Below are positions 39,501 through 51,470 of a DNA stretch of 64,000 nt, piece by piece; position 1 is the stretch's first letter, and each line of letters starts with the position of its first letter. The position numbers and the translations under genes are program-made. Source of the DNA: Raillietiella orientalis (lineage: Eukaryota); the NCBI GenBank assembly GCA_036172245.1, contig JAYWIR010000040.1, positions 558,001 through 622,000 of the forward strand, read 5' to 3'. The notes beneath the pieces were generated by a model. It made no database searches. It was not told the DNA's origin and saw only the letters and a program-made list of their open reading frames with translations.

Positions 39501-42150
39501 ATCTCCAGGGGGACACCAGAGGGGTTGGGCGAGGGAAGGGAGGAGATGGGGCTTGTTATAGCTCCCCCACATAGGGACAAGCATCCGGAAAGCGTGCTTT
39601 CCTCCTTTTCTTCATCACCTGCCTGGGGGTTTCAAAGGGCGTCTCTCTGACAAAAGAGGGGAGGAAATGTGGGAGGGCTGGGTGAACAAGTGAAACGGCC
39701 ACGGTGAAACTCCCGGAACTCCCTTCTCCTCGGGAGGGGGGAATCCTCCATCCCTCCCGTTCTCTCAGCGGTGGAGGGGTGCTCAGGAAGTCAGGGAGGG
39801 AGGGCGTAAAGGAGGTTTCGTTCTTCCCTCTGCCTTTCCTTCCCTCGTCCCTCTCCTTCTCCTGCCCGAGCGCGAGAGATCGGGAGAGGCGGGAAAGGGT
39901 GCGGAGGAGGGCGCCGGAAAGCCTCGCCGGCGGCAATTAAAAGAGACGTCTCGGATACGGAAATCCCCGAAGGAGACGGCCTGTCGCTTCCGGGGACTCC
40001 ACGCCCCTCCTCCAGCGATCGGCTGCTGGACCACCGGTGTCGGAGACGGCGGCGTCACCGCCCGGCGCTAGCGACGCGATTCCAAGGTCGCCTGCGAGGA
40101 ACCGGCGGCCTTGCCTCGGCTATGCCTATATATGACTCAGGGACACACCCGCCGGTGCAGCCTCTCCGATCCTTCCTCGTTCGACGGACCACATCTGCGG
40201 GACGATGAAGACGACTGCCCCGCTGCTGCTGTTGGTGAGTATCCGGTGCCATCGTGCTTGACCTTTTTCTGCCTTCCTCCTCCCTGTCCGGGTTAGTTCG
40301 CGTTGCCCTCCCCCCCGCGTCGAGTCTCCCGCTTCTACTCTGTTCCTGAACCCTTTACTTTTCTTTTGGGAGGGAGAGGGGGGAGACGAGGGACTAAGAG
40401 GAGGTGTAGAGGGAGGATGGGGAGGAGCCTGGAAACCGGATGTAGGAGGAAGAAAGGTCCTCCCCTAAACAGAAAGGCACGATGGACTTTCCTCCCCACC
40501 AGGAGGAGGAAAAAGCTCTCTTCCCAGTTCTCTCTCTTCAAGAGGGCGGTGAACCTCTTCTCAGGACCCTCCTGCCTCTCGACGGGGAAAGCGCGGGCAG
40601 TCTGGAGGAGTCTCCTGGAGACACAGAGGAAGGCGACGCTCGGCTTCCCCGGTGGTCGGTCCTTCGGAAGGAAGAAGGAAAAGGAATCGGCCAGTATAGT
40701 ACTCTGCAACCTCAGGGAAGGCTGCTGCCGGCCACTTGAACGCCTTCAAGAGTCAGGAAGATTTCGATTCCGATAGTCCCCCACGACCTGCTCCCGCTCT
40801 TGGTGCCGCTTTAGAGGAAAGGGAGTGAAGACACTTTCCTTCTGAAGTTTCCTCAACCCATCTCGTAGGAGCCCCAACAGCAGGAGGTGGATCCATGCCC
40901 TCAGGAAGAAAACGTGCAGCCTTCCGGATCTGCCACCTCGTGTGCCCCTGGGGAACCGACTATGTGCTTTGGGAACGCGCGCCCGAGGAGGAACGGGTAA
41001 CCTGCTCATTCCTCTCTGGTGGTCCGGGATCTTCGTCCGCCTTTTCCTCCATAGGCGCCTGTTGGCATGGTGTCTCTTAGAAGAAGGGAAGGGGGAAAGG
41101 GACAGCAGCGCAAGACCCGGAGCGTCCCTTCCTTCTCTTCGTCCTCGAAGAGTTCCTCATCTCTTCCGCCGTCACCTTGCCCTCCTCCGCTCCAGAAACC
41201 TCACCTTCTATTTCTCTCCCCTCACTTCCTGGTGCTTCGAGCACTCCGGGTGTTCCACTTTCCTTTCCGCCCCTTTTTTGCCTCCCCGAGAGGATGCTCC
41301 CAGCGCGTCACCCGGCGCCCCACTTTCCCTCTCCTCACTTTTCCGGGTGCATCCGGCCCTTTCCATGTGCGCCACACCCCGCGCTCGGACGCGCCTCCCG
41401 ACGAGGTGCGGCCCTTGGAGCTCCTTTGGGAACCCTCCGGGTCGGCAGCAGCACGCACTTTGCTCTGGGTTTCGCGTGCGCGAGACGTGCGACGGTCAGG
41501 AGTTCCTCTTCCCCGGTCTTGCGGGTCACGAGCATCGCTGCGCGTCCGGAGAACTTTCGCCCCTTGGCCAACTGCGCGGGGTTCTCCGCGTGCGACCCCG
41601 GGAGAGCTTATGGGGGATGAAGGAGCCTCTTTCCCGGGAATCGCCGTGTAAGAAGCTCGGAAAAGTGGACAGCTGACTGCCCCTTGAGCCGCTTGACCTA
41701 CAGGAGGAGTCGCTTCTACGCCACACCCCCTTGCGCCTTCCCTCATTTACCAACAAGAGAACGGCCTTAACTGCCCCACGAGGAATATTCCCGGATCTCC
41801 AGGCAAAACCGCAGTCGGACCGGTCGCCCGTGCACAGCCGGACCCGCAACCCTAAGTCCTTAGTCGGTCTCTCACAGGAACTCGCGTGTACGCCTTCAGG
41901 GGTAACTCCAGAGAGGTCGCCTCACAGAGAGCAGTGAGCTAGGTTGCCCCTCCCACGGGCTAGTTGGTCAGCTGGCTGATCGCCGCTCAGGTGAGAGCAG
42001 CTCCAGACCTTTTGGTGGGTTGTCGACCCGAAACGAAATGCCCTCCGGTCAGTTTCCGAAAAAAGGAAGGATTCGTTTGTCCTTTCTCTTTCCTTGCTCC
42101 AGCATGAACTTTCGCCTCTCAGCGGGTCGCTAAGGAGAGAAGTATCCTCA
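36550..42150 (-). mobile_element. Near full-length but decayed L1/Tx1-like LINE (ORF1-EN-RT-zinc finger)
   Basis: Collinear remnants: GC-rich ORF1 (40-42 kb), PDFL/GVAV/VY/GD endonuclease motifs (39.8-39.3 kb), ALRTNPYRL (SLxNxDYK-like, ~38470), LD, PLS, QLIDN (YADD position), YLG-like and GGxG; ~5.6 kb span. Confidence 0.6.
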
Positions 42151-42329
42151 ATTCGACGCGAACCAACGGCCGCTGGCGATAGGTTATTGGCAGCGGCTCG
42201 AGTGCGGAGTGGCTCTCTCTTAAGGCCATGCTGCAAACAGTTCGAGCGGTGGCATGGACTCTTGGATGTGGTGCGTTATCTTAGAGAGAGCAGTCAACAA
42301 CGCTGCAGCGTTGATGCAGCATCTGTTGT

Positions 42330-45300
42330 CTGGATCCTGCCTGCCCGCTACCTTCCCTTTTAGCGTAGTTTTGGATCTTTTCGATTCCTAGCTACCAGAG
42401 CCATGTGTGGGCAGGTGATGTGCGCAGCCCTGGTCGGATGAGGTAGGGCATGTGGTAGATCAGAGGTAGATTCGGCAAACAAGGTTACGAGATTCAAAGA
42501 TAGGGTAACAGGGTTCAGGGTTTCTAGAAGCAGAAGAAGTAGGAATTTAAGGGTACGGAACGTGGCTTCCGTTGGCAGTGGGAGCGTTCCAAAAGCCGTG
42601 AATAGTGCAGACATGCAGCGCCCACAGCGGGTGGTAGCGCGTTCGACAAAGGACTGATTTCTTCGAAGATTGCTCCGAGAAATCCTGCACTGCTGTCCCC
42701 GTTGACCTCTGGATCCAACCTGATCTCTCCGACGGAGGAAAAAATTCTCCCCAGAGAGGAGTAAAACAGGCGCTGATCTTCAGATGAGGCCTCGTGGCCG
42801 TAGTCTATGCTCCACATGGTACCAAAGCGTCGCGGGTTCGAATCCCAGCGCGGAGGATCGATTATAGAGAAATGCGCGCATCGTGGATTTCGAGTGCCTC
42901 CTCTTTCCCCCTCCCTCTCCGCTGGTTGGCCTATTCGGGTGCGACATTGATGGAAGCCGGAAACCAGATGCCCCCGTTGACCAGTCGGGATTGGAAGTCG
43001 AACCTCCGGGTCCTTCCAGAAATCCAGGAGCCGGTCGGTTCCCTTCGGGGTGCCCCTAGGAAAGAGACCCTCCATTGCGCACCATGGAGCTAGTTGCTAG
43101 CCCCTTTTGGGGGATTGCATATTTAAAGTGTTACAGAAGGGCGCTGCTTCCTTGGGGAGAGCCTTTCAGAGAAATTGGGAAGCGTCCCTTTGGGGTTCTC
43201 TTCAGAGGAGGAAACAAGGGAAGGTTCCCTTGTGGGCTCTCTCCAATGCGGAAATTCCATTTCCTTCGTGGTTCCCTACTGAGCGTAAGAGGAACAGACT
43301 CCTTCGTCCGGAACCTTCCTGGATTCATAAGGTGGTCCCTTCGGGGTAATCCCCTAAATTGAAGAGTGACATGCACCCTCTGTTGGCGTGGGCAGTGTTG
43401 AAAAAGTTTTGTGACCTCCCCTCCTCCCTCTCTCCATGGAGGCGAACGGTTCTTCATCATTCCTTGAGAACGAGGAGAAAAATCTGGGAGGAAAGCAGCG
43501 AAAACAAAAGGACCCAAGAGGATTTCCATCAGCAACTTTCGGTGCTCTGGGAAGAGCCCGACACGCGCCGGTGACCCCAGCAGCTCGTTTTGAGAGCGAA
43601 AGCACACGACTCCTTGCTTCCCTGGAGCGAAACAGGATGGTTTCGCAGGAGAGGGTGCGCGAGGTAAGCATCGAAGACAGGGAAGGGAGGAGGCACCGCA
43701 TCCGTTGAGATTTTGGGAAGCAAGAGAGAAGACAACCTGGATCTTCGGAAAGGAAAGGGAATTTGTAAGATGTGTGGCTACCATGGCAACGGCGCTGGTC
43801 TGTGAGTGCCCCTCCCCCCTCCTCCTTCCGCTGTGTTCGCTGCCTCTTCGAGCAGCTCGAGCGAAGGCGTTCCCTTGCCACCGTATGGATGAAGTGGTCC
43901 TTGCACAGCCTTAGAAGATGCAAGAGGGAGGAGACGTGCGAGCATCGTAAGCTGACTTGCAGCTTCAGTGAACGCATCTTGTAACAGATTCGAGGGAGTC
44001 TGCAAGACGGGATGCATCCAAAATCTTTTCCAGAAACACCGAAGGTGGAACAGGAAAGACACCATCTCAGTCCGCTCTTATCAGTTGTGATGACGCGGGT
44101 GAGCGAGGATCAAAAAGGAGGAGGATCGGAGGGCTCGCGTGAGGTGATTGTGAGGGACTGGAAAGCCACATCAGTGGCCATGAGGTCGATGCTGCCACTG
44201 ACACCACTGATTTGTAGCAAATCTTTGCATAAGGGAAGATGAAATCGCACAGAATCTTCGTACGAGAGACGCAAAGGAAACGGTTCCAGTCTGAGGATTG
44301 ACCCTTATCGTACATGACCCCGCCGAGGCTGACAGTCTCATCATTCTCGGATGCCCAGTGAGCCCCATAAATCCTGATGATCTGTCAAGAGTGAGAAAGG
44401 TAGAATCATATGGGTTGGGGGGTTTCGATCCCCTCAATTTGAGGGATGTCCGGCGAGCAGCACTCTGCAGCTTTTGCGGGATGTAGAAAGATTGAATTCT
44501 GACAAGTCTACAATAGAAATAGAGTGCTAAGCGTAGAGAATTGAAGCCAATTTGTGTCTCGAATGGCATCAGCAAAAATACACTAGGAAGGTGCCGTAGA
44601 AAAAATGAAAAATGAGAAGAAGGTGTTGGCTAACTCGCGCACAACATCTTTAGATCTGAGATTGAAGCCTTCGATCCAGAGATGCGAAAATAAATTTGTG
44701 GAGAAAGCTCAACAAAAACTTCCCTTCCCCAGGCCAACTCTGCCGGAACCATTCTCTTCCATTCCTTCTTCGATAGGCTGCACCAGGTGACGAGGATTAT
44801 CGACTGCTGTTCCTCTATCCACCACCGCCATCACAGAAAGGACTAGTTGTCACCAGGAACAAACCCTGACAGCGAGAAAGATGGAAGTTTATTGCTGGTC
44901 TTTGTCCTTCGGGCAAAGTCCTCCTCCCTCTCCCGTCTCCCGTGAACAGCTGCGGGAGCCGTAGTACTTTCGTTTTCTCTTCCCATCCTCGTGTGTTGCG
45001 CTCTTTACACGTCTTCACCCACCATCCTGTGTCTGAGCTAAGCGCGGTGCTTTGAAGCTGGGCTGGGATGAATACGAGATAGCTATCCTCTTCTCTTCCC
45101 TTGAAGAAAGTAAACGTGAGTAGATTGGGGGGTGTTAGGGGATTCGCGGCTGCCGAGCAGCAACGCTCCAGAAACGCAGATGAGAAAATTCCTCTTCAGG
45201 AAGGCGGCAATCTGGGGGATGAAAAACAGGTTCACGGAATTGTGGGAAAATAGCCATGGATGCTCCTCTTCTCCCGAAATGCTCCGCTTCCTTATCTACG

Positions 45301-46100
45301 ACCGCGAGAAATCCTTTCAAAGAAATCTGGAAGGGATCTTCGGACTGAACTGGTGGTTCCGGACCCCTAAAGACGATTTACACAAGGGAAGATTTCCGAT
45401 GGTCTCATGGAAGATCACTGACGAAAAGTAGCCGCGTCGCTCGGCTCGACCATTCGTTTAAAGTTGACCATATCTGTATGAGGTCCGCCAATGTCCGGGC
45501 CGCTACACTGACGGACTGTAGAGGAAATTGTTCTGTGGCATTTGCATCACATAAGATTCAGACATGTGTCCTGATCTCCTCATCTCGATCATTCACTAAC
45601 TCATCTCAAGCACTCCTTGTCTCGTGGTTACTCTCGCGAATGCTGTTGTCGCGTTGGTTGCTCTCGTGAATTTTCTCTTCACGTCTCTTTCTGATGCTTG
45701 AGGTTCCTCTTCTGGCTACCTTTACGTGCGCGCGTTCTCTTATTTGCCGGAAAGACGAAGACCTCCTACCCCTACGAATGAGCGCGTTCCCCGCATGCCA
45801 CACGTTTGAATCCTTTTCCTGCAAAGTTCCGCGCGCCATCTCTCCTTCGCTCTTCGAACGCAGGCTCGTTCCTCAAAAGAATCACCGAGGGATACGAGCG
45901 TTCCTCTTCCCCCCCGTGATTGCTCCTCCCTCTCGAGAAAGGTATATGTGCAGCCGAAGCGTGTAAAGGTCAAAGGACTACGCTTAAATTGGTTCACTGT
46001 TGAAGAATCTCGCTGCTCACTCGTTTCCAAAATCCGGAGAGAGACTGGGATTCAGGCTGAATCCAAGGACACAGAATCTTTCTCAGCCAACGGAGGGGGA
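42330..46100 (-). mobile_element. Decayed L1/Tx1-like LINE (ORF1 knuckles, EN, RT)
   Basis: Knuckle remnants QTCGMRG (~45800) and RQCSGPGH (~45500); GLP (~43350); ISPLS..LF in the RT region (~42600-42660). Confidence 0.5.
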
Positions 46101-46324
46101 CATCGACAGAAAGGAAAAAAGAAAAATCGGAATCCCTATATGCGAGTCCCCACGCAAGACAACGAATGAGCAAAATTGCAAGGTTTTACCTATTTATCTG
46201 TGCTGTATTCGAAACACGTGCGCGCCACGTTATACATAAGAAATTTGTTCCTTGTGTGTACTTTCCTCGTATTTGCACAGCAGATTCTGCAAACTGGGTT
46301 GTTCTTCTATGGAACTCTTTCCAG

Positions 46325-46374
46325 ATTTTGTCGCTGCTTGCTGTTCTGATGTGCCCTTCGGAAGCTGGCATCCT
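46325..46374 (+). CDS. Exon of a secreted Gly/Tyr-rich peptide gene: signal-peptide C-half ILSLLAVLMCPSEA|GI(L)
   Basis: Acceptor ctctttccag, consensus donor gtaagt at 46375, phase 2. Hydrophobic stretch ending S-E-A. CT|G splices in frame to the next exon. Confidence 0.8.
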
Positions 46375-46903
46375 GTAAGTTTCCATCTGCTCTTCGCGAT
46401 AGTCCGGGGAAGTGGTTAATGTCGCCGTCGCCGCTGAAGAGCTGTTCACGATGCAGCTGGTTGCAACTTAATCAGGACGTTCCATCTTCTGTCAATAGGG
46501 TTGCCGGAGCTTTCATTTCAATCCCTTGATTCCACTCTCTGCATCGCTCGCCCGTAGGCATCATTTTCTCCTGGAAAACATCTCGCCTTCCTCCTTTCAG
46601 TACCACGTCCTCCTCGAGGGCGGCACGTGGGACTTTTGATCTGGAAAACCGATGTTTTGTTCGTCTTTCCTTTTTTCCTTTCCCCTTTCTTCCTGTCTCG
46701 CTCGTCTCTCGAAGCCGCTAGCGGAAACTGCGCGGGATTTTCGGGGGATTAAGCGAAGACGCCACCCCGAATCCATGAGTTTCCCGGAGTAAATTCTCTG
46801 CTTCCAGCAAACTCCTGAAAAAAATCCTCAAAAAGTCGCCAGGAAACCGGTAAAGCAGCATCAGGGTTTCCCTGCGCACCAGTAATGCTTCCGGAATTTT
46901 CAG

Positions 46904-47096
46904 GGGTGGCTACGGAAGATACGGTCCTTCGTACGGATACTACCCCCGACCCTACCCCTCAGTGTCCTACGTACGTCCTGTGTACGGCTACCAGCCTTAC
47001 GGGATCGGATACTCCTACTCTGAATTTAACAGCGGATATGCAAGTGGATATGGAACCGGATATTCTCCGTACTACTCGTATGGAACTTACGGCTGA
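46904..47096 (+). CDS. Terminal exon of a Gly/Tyr-rich peptide: GGYGRYGPSYGYYPRPYPSVSYVRPVYGYQPYGIGYSYSEFNSGYASGYGTGYSPYYSYGTYG*
   Basis: Acceptor ttttcag ending 46903; 63 open codons with 19 Tyr and 14 Gly, strong TAC/GGA codon periodicity; TGA at 47094-47096; AATAAA downstream. Confidence 0.88.
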
Positions 47097-47154
47097 CTTG
47101 GGGAGCGGGTTGCGTCGTGGCCCCAAGCACGAAAAGAAAAGCGAAAGAACTGCA

Positions 47155-47160
47155 AATAAA
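47155..47160 (+). promoter_or_regulatory. Polyadenylation signal of the Gly/Tyr-rich gene
   Basis: AATAAA 59 nt after the stop codon. Confidence 0.65.
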
Positions 47161-47349
47161 CTCTCATCTGCGAGTCTGGCTGTTGTCTCGGAAGCGCGGT
47201 GCTTCCGGTGGGAAAGAGTGTACGAACGGAATGAATCTCAGGAGTAGCAAGAGTCTTGAAGTGCTGCAAGGCGGCGGTAGCAGGATGCCTCCACGGAACA
47301 GGAAACACGAAATCATCTTTCACGCAGACCATCTCGCCTGTGATTCCTC

Positions 47350-48833
47350 GGTCTCGTCAGATGCGCCGCTTCGATCCGAACCGAACTTCCGGCTTCCCGC
47401 AGAACTCCCTGCATCAGAGAATGCTCGGGTTGCTGCGAGCCCCAACAGCCACCGGCAAACAAATCTACACTGCACGGTCACATCCGGAGTGTTTGTTATG
47501 CCGCACTACCAGGAAGACCTCTTCCGCAGAGTCACTCTGCTCCAGGGGAGTTACCTCGAACGGAAGCCAAGAACGGAATGCCTTGCAGCTATGGGAAACG
47601 CTTCCGCTTTCACAATCTAGCGTCTTAACGAGAGAAAGAGAAGAGCGGAGGATGGAGGTTGCTTCTGGCAGAGATCCCTGCACAAGGCAATTCAGCCGTT
47701 CAGATTCAAGCAGTGGCCAGGGCGATTCCTCAGGGATAAAGTGGGATTCTCCTAGTGTCTCACGACGATCGCATGCTTCCTAAAGCAGTTCTGGTGCTCT
47801 CATCCATCAGAAATGGATCAGAGAAAAATCAGAGATGTTTGGTTCTTCCCAGGGCTCAGCTCTCAACTCCCTCGACTCTGAAACGAAAACGGAGAAAGAG
47901 GCAGACCTGAGAGGATGAGGGGATGAGAAGCATTGGAGCCTGGAGGATATGTGAGCAATCCTGTCGAATCAATGGCGGCAGAATTAACAGCTCTTCATGA
48001 TCTTCGAGAGAACATCCAAAAGATGATTTATTAGACACAGCAACAGGATGGGAACGTAATCAAAGGATGTCTGAGGGTAAACAGGGTATGGGAAGATTGG
48101 TTTCTGAAGACGAATGGCGCTGCTGTCGCCGCGTGATTTGTCACAGGGGAGCAACCGAAAAGGCAAGCTGTTTCCCGACTGGTTCCGCTGCAGAGGGTGT
48201 GCGAAAGGCCAAGGGTGCTTCTCTGCCAAGAAAAATCGTTCCTAAACCACTTCCGCTCAATAAACACAAAGGGCAATGCTTTCCGAACGCTGGCGACCAG
48301 CAGACTCGACACACCAGATTTGGGCAATGAATTTTTTGCTGGAGAGGAGCACGCCGAGGGTTGGCGGTGGTAAGACTTTGGCAGCTGACCTTTCTGCAAG
48401 CAGATTTTTGCTGGCGAGCGCCTTAGATTCTTTGAGCTTACTGAACTGGAGCCCCAATCTTCCTTCTGTCCAGCGGCATGGCTGGGTACTGCTCGTCCTT
48501 CTCCATCTTCCGAGGCTCGGCAGGAGAATCAAGAAACGGTTACCCCAGCAACTTGGACGCGAAGAGAGCGTTCGTCAAAGAAGGGCGTGTGTTCTGAAAG
48601 TCAGAGATCTCCCCTTTCCTGAAAAATTGATAGATATGCCAAAAGCCCTGGGGAAGATGGGAGCACGCTAGAGGGAGAGAACTAAGCCTTTTGTTCTGGA
48701 AAACCATCGGTCCTCGTAGGTTGAGGAGACTAAGGAGACTGTGGGAAATCAACGACCCTTGCGGTCGAGAAATCCGAGCTCTCGTGGCCAGCCGTTGTGA
48801 GTTCCTGGCATCTCAAACATTTTTCAGACTCTT
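47350..48833 (+). mobile_element. Decayed L1/Tx1-like endonuclease to RT-start fragment
   Basis: SENARV (SxNVRG-like), QE, GR and KSPGEDG (~48642); cut off at the TIR element. Confidence 0.55.
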
Positions 48834-51470
48834 CAGTGCTGCTCCGCCGAAGGTGACGGTTGTCGCGGAGCAGTCGCCAGTTTAGTTGCTTCCGAAAGGC
48901 AGTCGTCCCATTCCCGCCCCGTCACTGCAGGTCCATGGGCGGAGTTGAACAACACCAGAGAAGAAAACTGGAACCGCCTGCGATTCGGCAGTAACGCCTG
49001 CTGCACTCTGCGGGCTACTTTGCTGTGTCCTGCCAGGATCACGTGGGCGGAGACCACCCCTTTAGCTACGGCGCTGCCCTTTTTACGGAGGGCCCTCACG
49101 AGCGGCCGGACGCCTAAGTGGCAAGTCTCCTGCCGGATCTCAGGCAGAGAGAAGATGTTAAGCGGATGGACCATGGAAGAACTGGAGGATGCCACGACCC
49201 CGAGTACCCTCCCGCGTGGACTTGCAAGATGGGGCGAGCTACTCGGCATCCCGACGGATGACCTGAAGTGGCCCCCAGTTTTAATTGGATCCAGGATTCT
49301 CCCCCTCAGGTGGCAAGAGTCGGCGCTGCTGACGTTGCATTGGGGTCTACCCTGCAACGCGCGCTGCTTCCACTGGACCAGGGGGAGAGTAAATCCTGAG
49401 TGTGCCCGGTGTGGGGAGCGGGAATCGCTCCACCACCTTCTTGTTGACTGTGCTGCCCTCCGACCCCTGTGGGAACGGTTTGGGACGACCCTCGGGCTCC
49501 CTACGGGCAGCACGCCCAGAGACGTTTTCCGGCTTCTCTTCGTGCGGGACGCCCTGCAGCCAGCCTCAGCTGTGGCAGCACTATGCTGCATCCGAGGCAT
49601 CGTGGCGGCTTGGAGTGATGCCCACGACGAAGTGAACCATGACGAGAGGGATGTCATCCCGTATGCTATTCGCTTCCTGACGAGAGCTACTGGATGGTCC
49701 CAGCTGGGTACAATTCGAATGGACTTAAAGGGCTTCTTTCGAAGGATGGGCCCTCCTCCCAGTGAACATTGATCCCTTCCCGGTCCTCCAGCTTCTTTTT
49801 GTTTTCCTTACTTTTTATTTTTCTTTTTGTTTTCTCCCCCATCCCTTCCACTGCCGAGGAGAGCCATGTTGGGCTGCGTCCCGGTGTCCCGGCAGGTCCG
49901 GCGTTGTGTGGCCGTTAGTGAGGCCTGGTACCACGTATGTAGAATGTTTTCTAAATAAACGCCCCGGGACTACCCGGGTGAAATTACTGCAGGTCCAATG
50001 AGGCCACGGCTCCAGCTTTCTTGCGAAGGTCATTCGTCCTATCCTTGATTGGCTGCAGTAGATTAATGTTCCAGCCAAGGTTGCCACGCGCTAGCTCGGT
50101 AAGAACGGTGTCGGAAGCCGCTCAAACCAGCAGCAGCTCATTTCGATTCCGAGGCGAACGGCGCGCTCACTCTTTCGGGTGCAACTCCGATGAAGAACTC
50201 TCATTCGAATGCACTTACGGGAACGCTTTCTTGTCACCAGGCAACTGACTAGCGATCCTTGGGTTCTTGGGCTCTTGAGGCCAGCTGCGTCTGAAATCTC
50301 CGGCCTGCTCTCGACTTTCGTGGCGGGCGCAGCGGGCCGCCCTCAGCTACCAGCTTGCCTCTTTACCTTACTGATTTTCCTTCACCACTTTTGCTATTCT
50401 TCCCTGGTACTGGAGTCTTTTTCGATTGCTACGTCACTGTTGCCTTGACTGCCTTCGTTTAAGCCACTCGCATATCAGACGTGGCACTTTTCGTCCTCCT
50501 GGCGTCCTCCTCTTCGCCTACCTTGTTCCTAGGGGAGATCGCCACTTCTCGGCATGTTTGTTTCCTAGGTCAAATGCAGTTTCGCCCTTCTTCTATGCAG
50601 TGACATTGCTCTTTTTCCTTTTTTTTTTTAGGACAACCATGACCTGCTTTTAGAGTTTTTCCTTCTTCGTATCCGGGGTGGTTTTATCACGATAGGGATT
50701 TCGGCCCTCCCGCACCCGAATCCGACGTGATTTCTGGATGCCACCACGAAAAGAAAGAAGGTTGCCTTCTCCTTCGAGCAGATGGTGCGTCGCCGCTTCT
50801 TCTCTACCGACGTCCTTTAACGAGCACAACTTCCAGGTTGCACAATGCGTTAGCGGGACCAGCGGAGTGAGAGATCCGCATCTAGCCCGGATCTGTTCCA
50901 AGTCCGTTTCAACTCTCAGGTTCGCAGGCTGCCGTTGCACCAGAGTTCATCCGTGCCACCACACGCACGCACACCGCACCTTCATTCCCTTTTTCCCTGG
51001 GTGAAAATGCTACACGCCGACGTCTGGCAAATCAATGCAGACTCTTCGCCTGGTAAGGAGGTTCCTTCCACCATTCCCGATTTCGACGGCACGATATTCT
51101 CTCCATTCCTGCTGGACACCTCGGGAGCTGGAGCCATACCAAACAGTCCTCCACTCTGTCGCTCTCAAACCGTCCGCGCGCGCTTCGGGGCGCAAATCCC
51201 GCGCTCCCCTCCCCCCTCCCAAAGATGTGTTTCCTGCTCTTTGCTCCTGACCTGTCGGCATCGGTCTCACCGAGCTAGCTCGTGGCAGCCTTGGCTGGAA
51301 CATGGATCTGCTGCAGCCAATCAGGGAAAGGACGAATGACCTTTGCGAGAAGGCTGTAGTCGTGGCCTCATTGGATCTGCAGTGACGGGGCGGGAATGGG
51401 GCGACTGCCTTTCGGAAGCAACTAAACGGGCAGCTGCCCTTGGACAACCACCTTTGGCGAAGCAACACTG
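48834..51470. mobile_element. Unclassified DNA element with ~215-bp terminal inverted repeats beginning CAGTG (left arm split by a LINE)
   Basis: 48834-48935 plus 49998-50112 is the reverse complement of 51256-51470, with scattered mismatches. No clear TSD. Confidence 0.7.
48936..49985 (+). mobile_element. 5'-truncated Tx1/L1-like LINE, relatively young
   Basis: Open ORF2 C-terminus (48945-49772) with CARCGERESLHHLLVDC zinc finger; 12-bp TSD ACTGCAGGTCCA at 48924-48935 and 49986-49997. Confidence 0.9.

Noticed and set aside
46885..47247. ORF-track 120-aa Thr/Asp-rich protein
   Set aside because: It is the off-frame reading of the Gly/Tyr exon; the GY frame has matching splice sites, stop and polyA signal.
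48900..48935. snRNA/tRNA/5S target site for the Tx1-like insertion
   Set aside because: The target does not resemble U1, U2, tRNA or 5S as far as I can recognise; it is part of a TIR.
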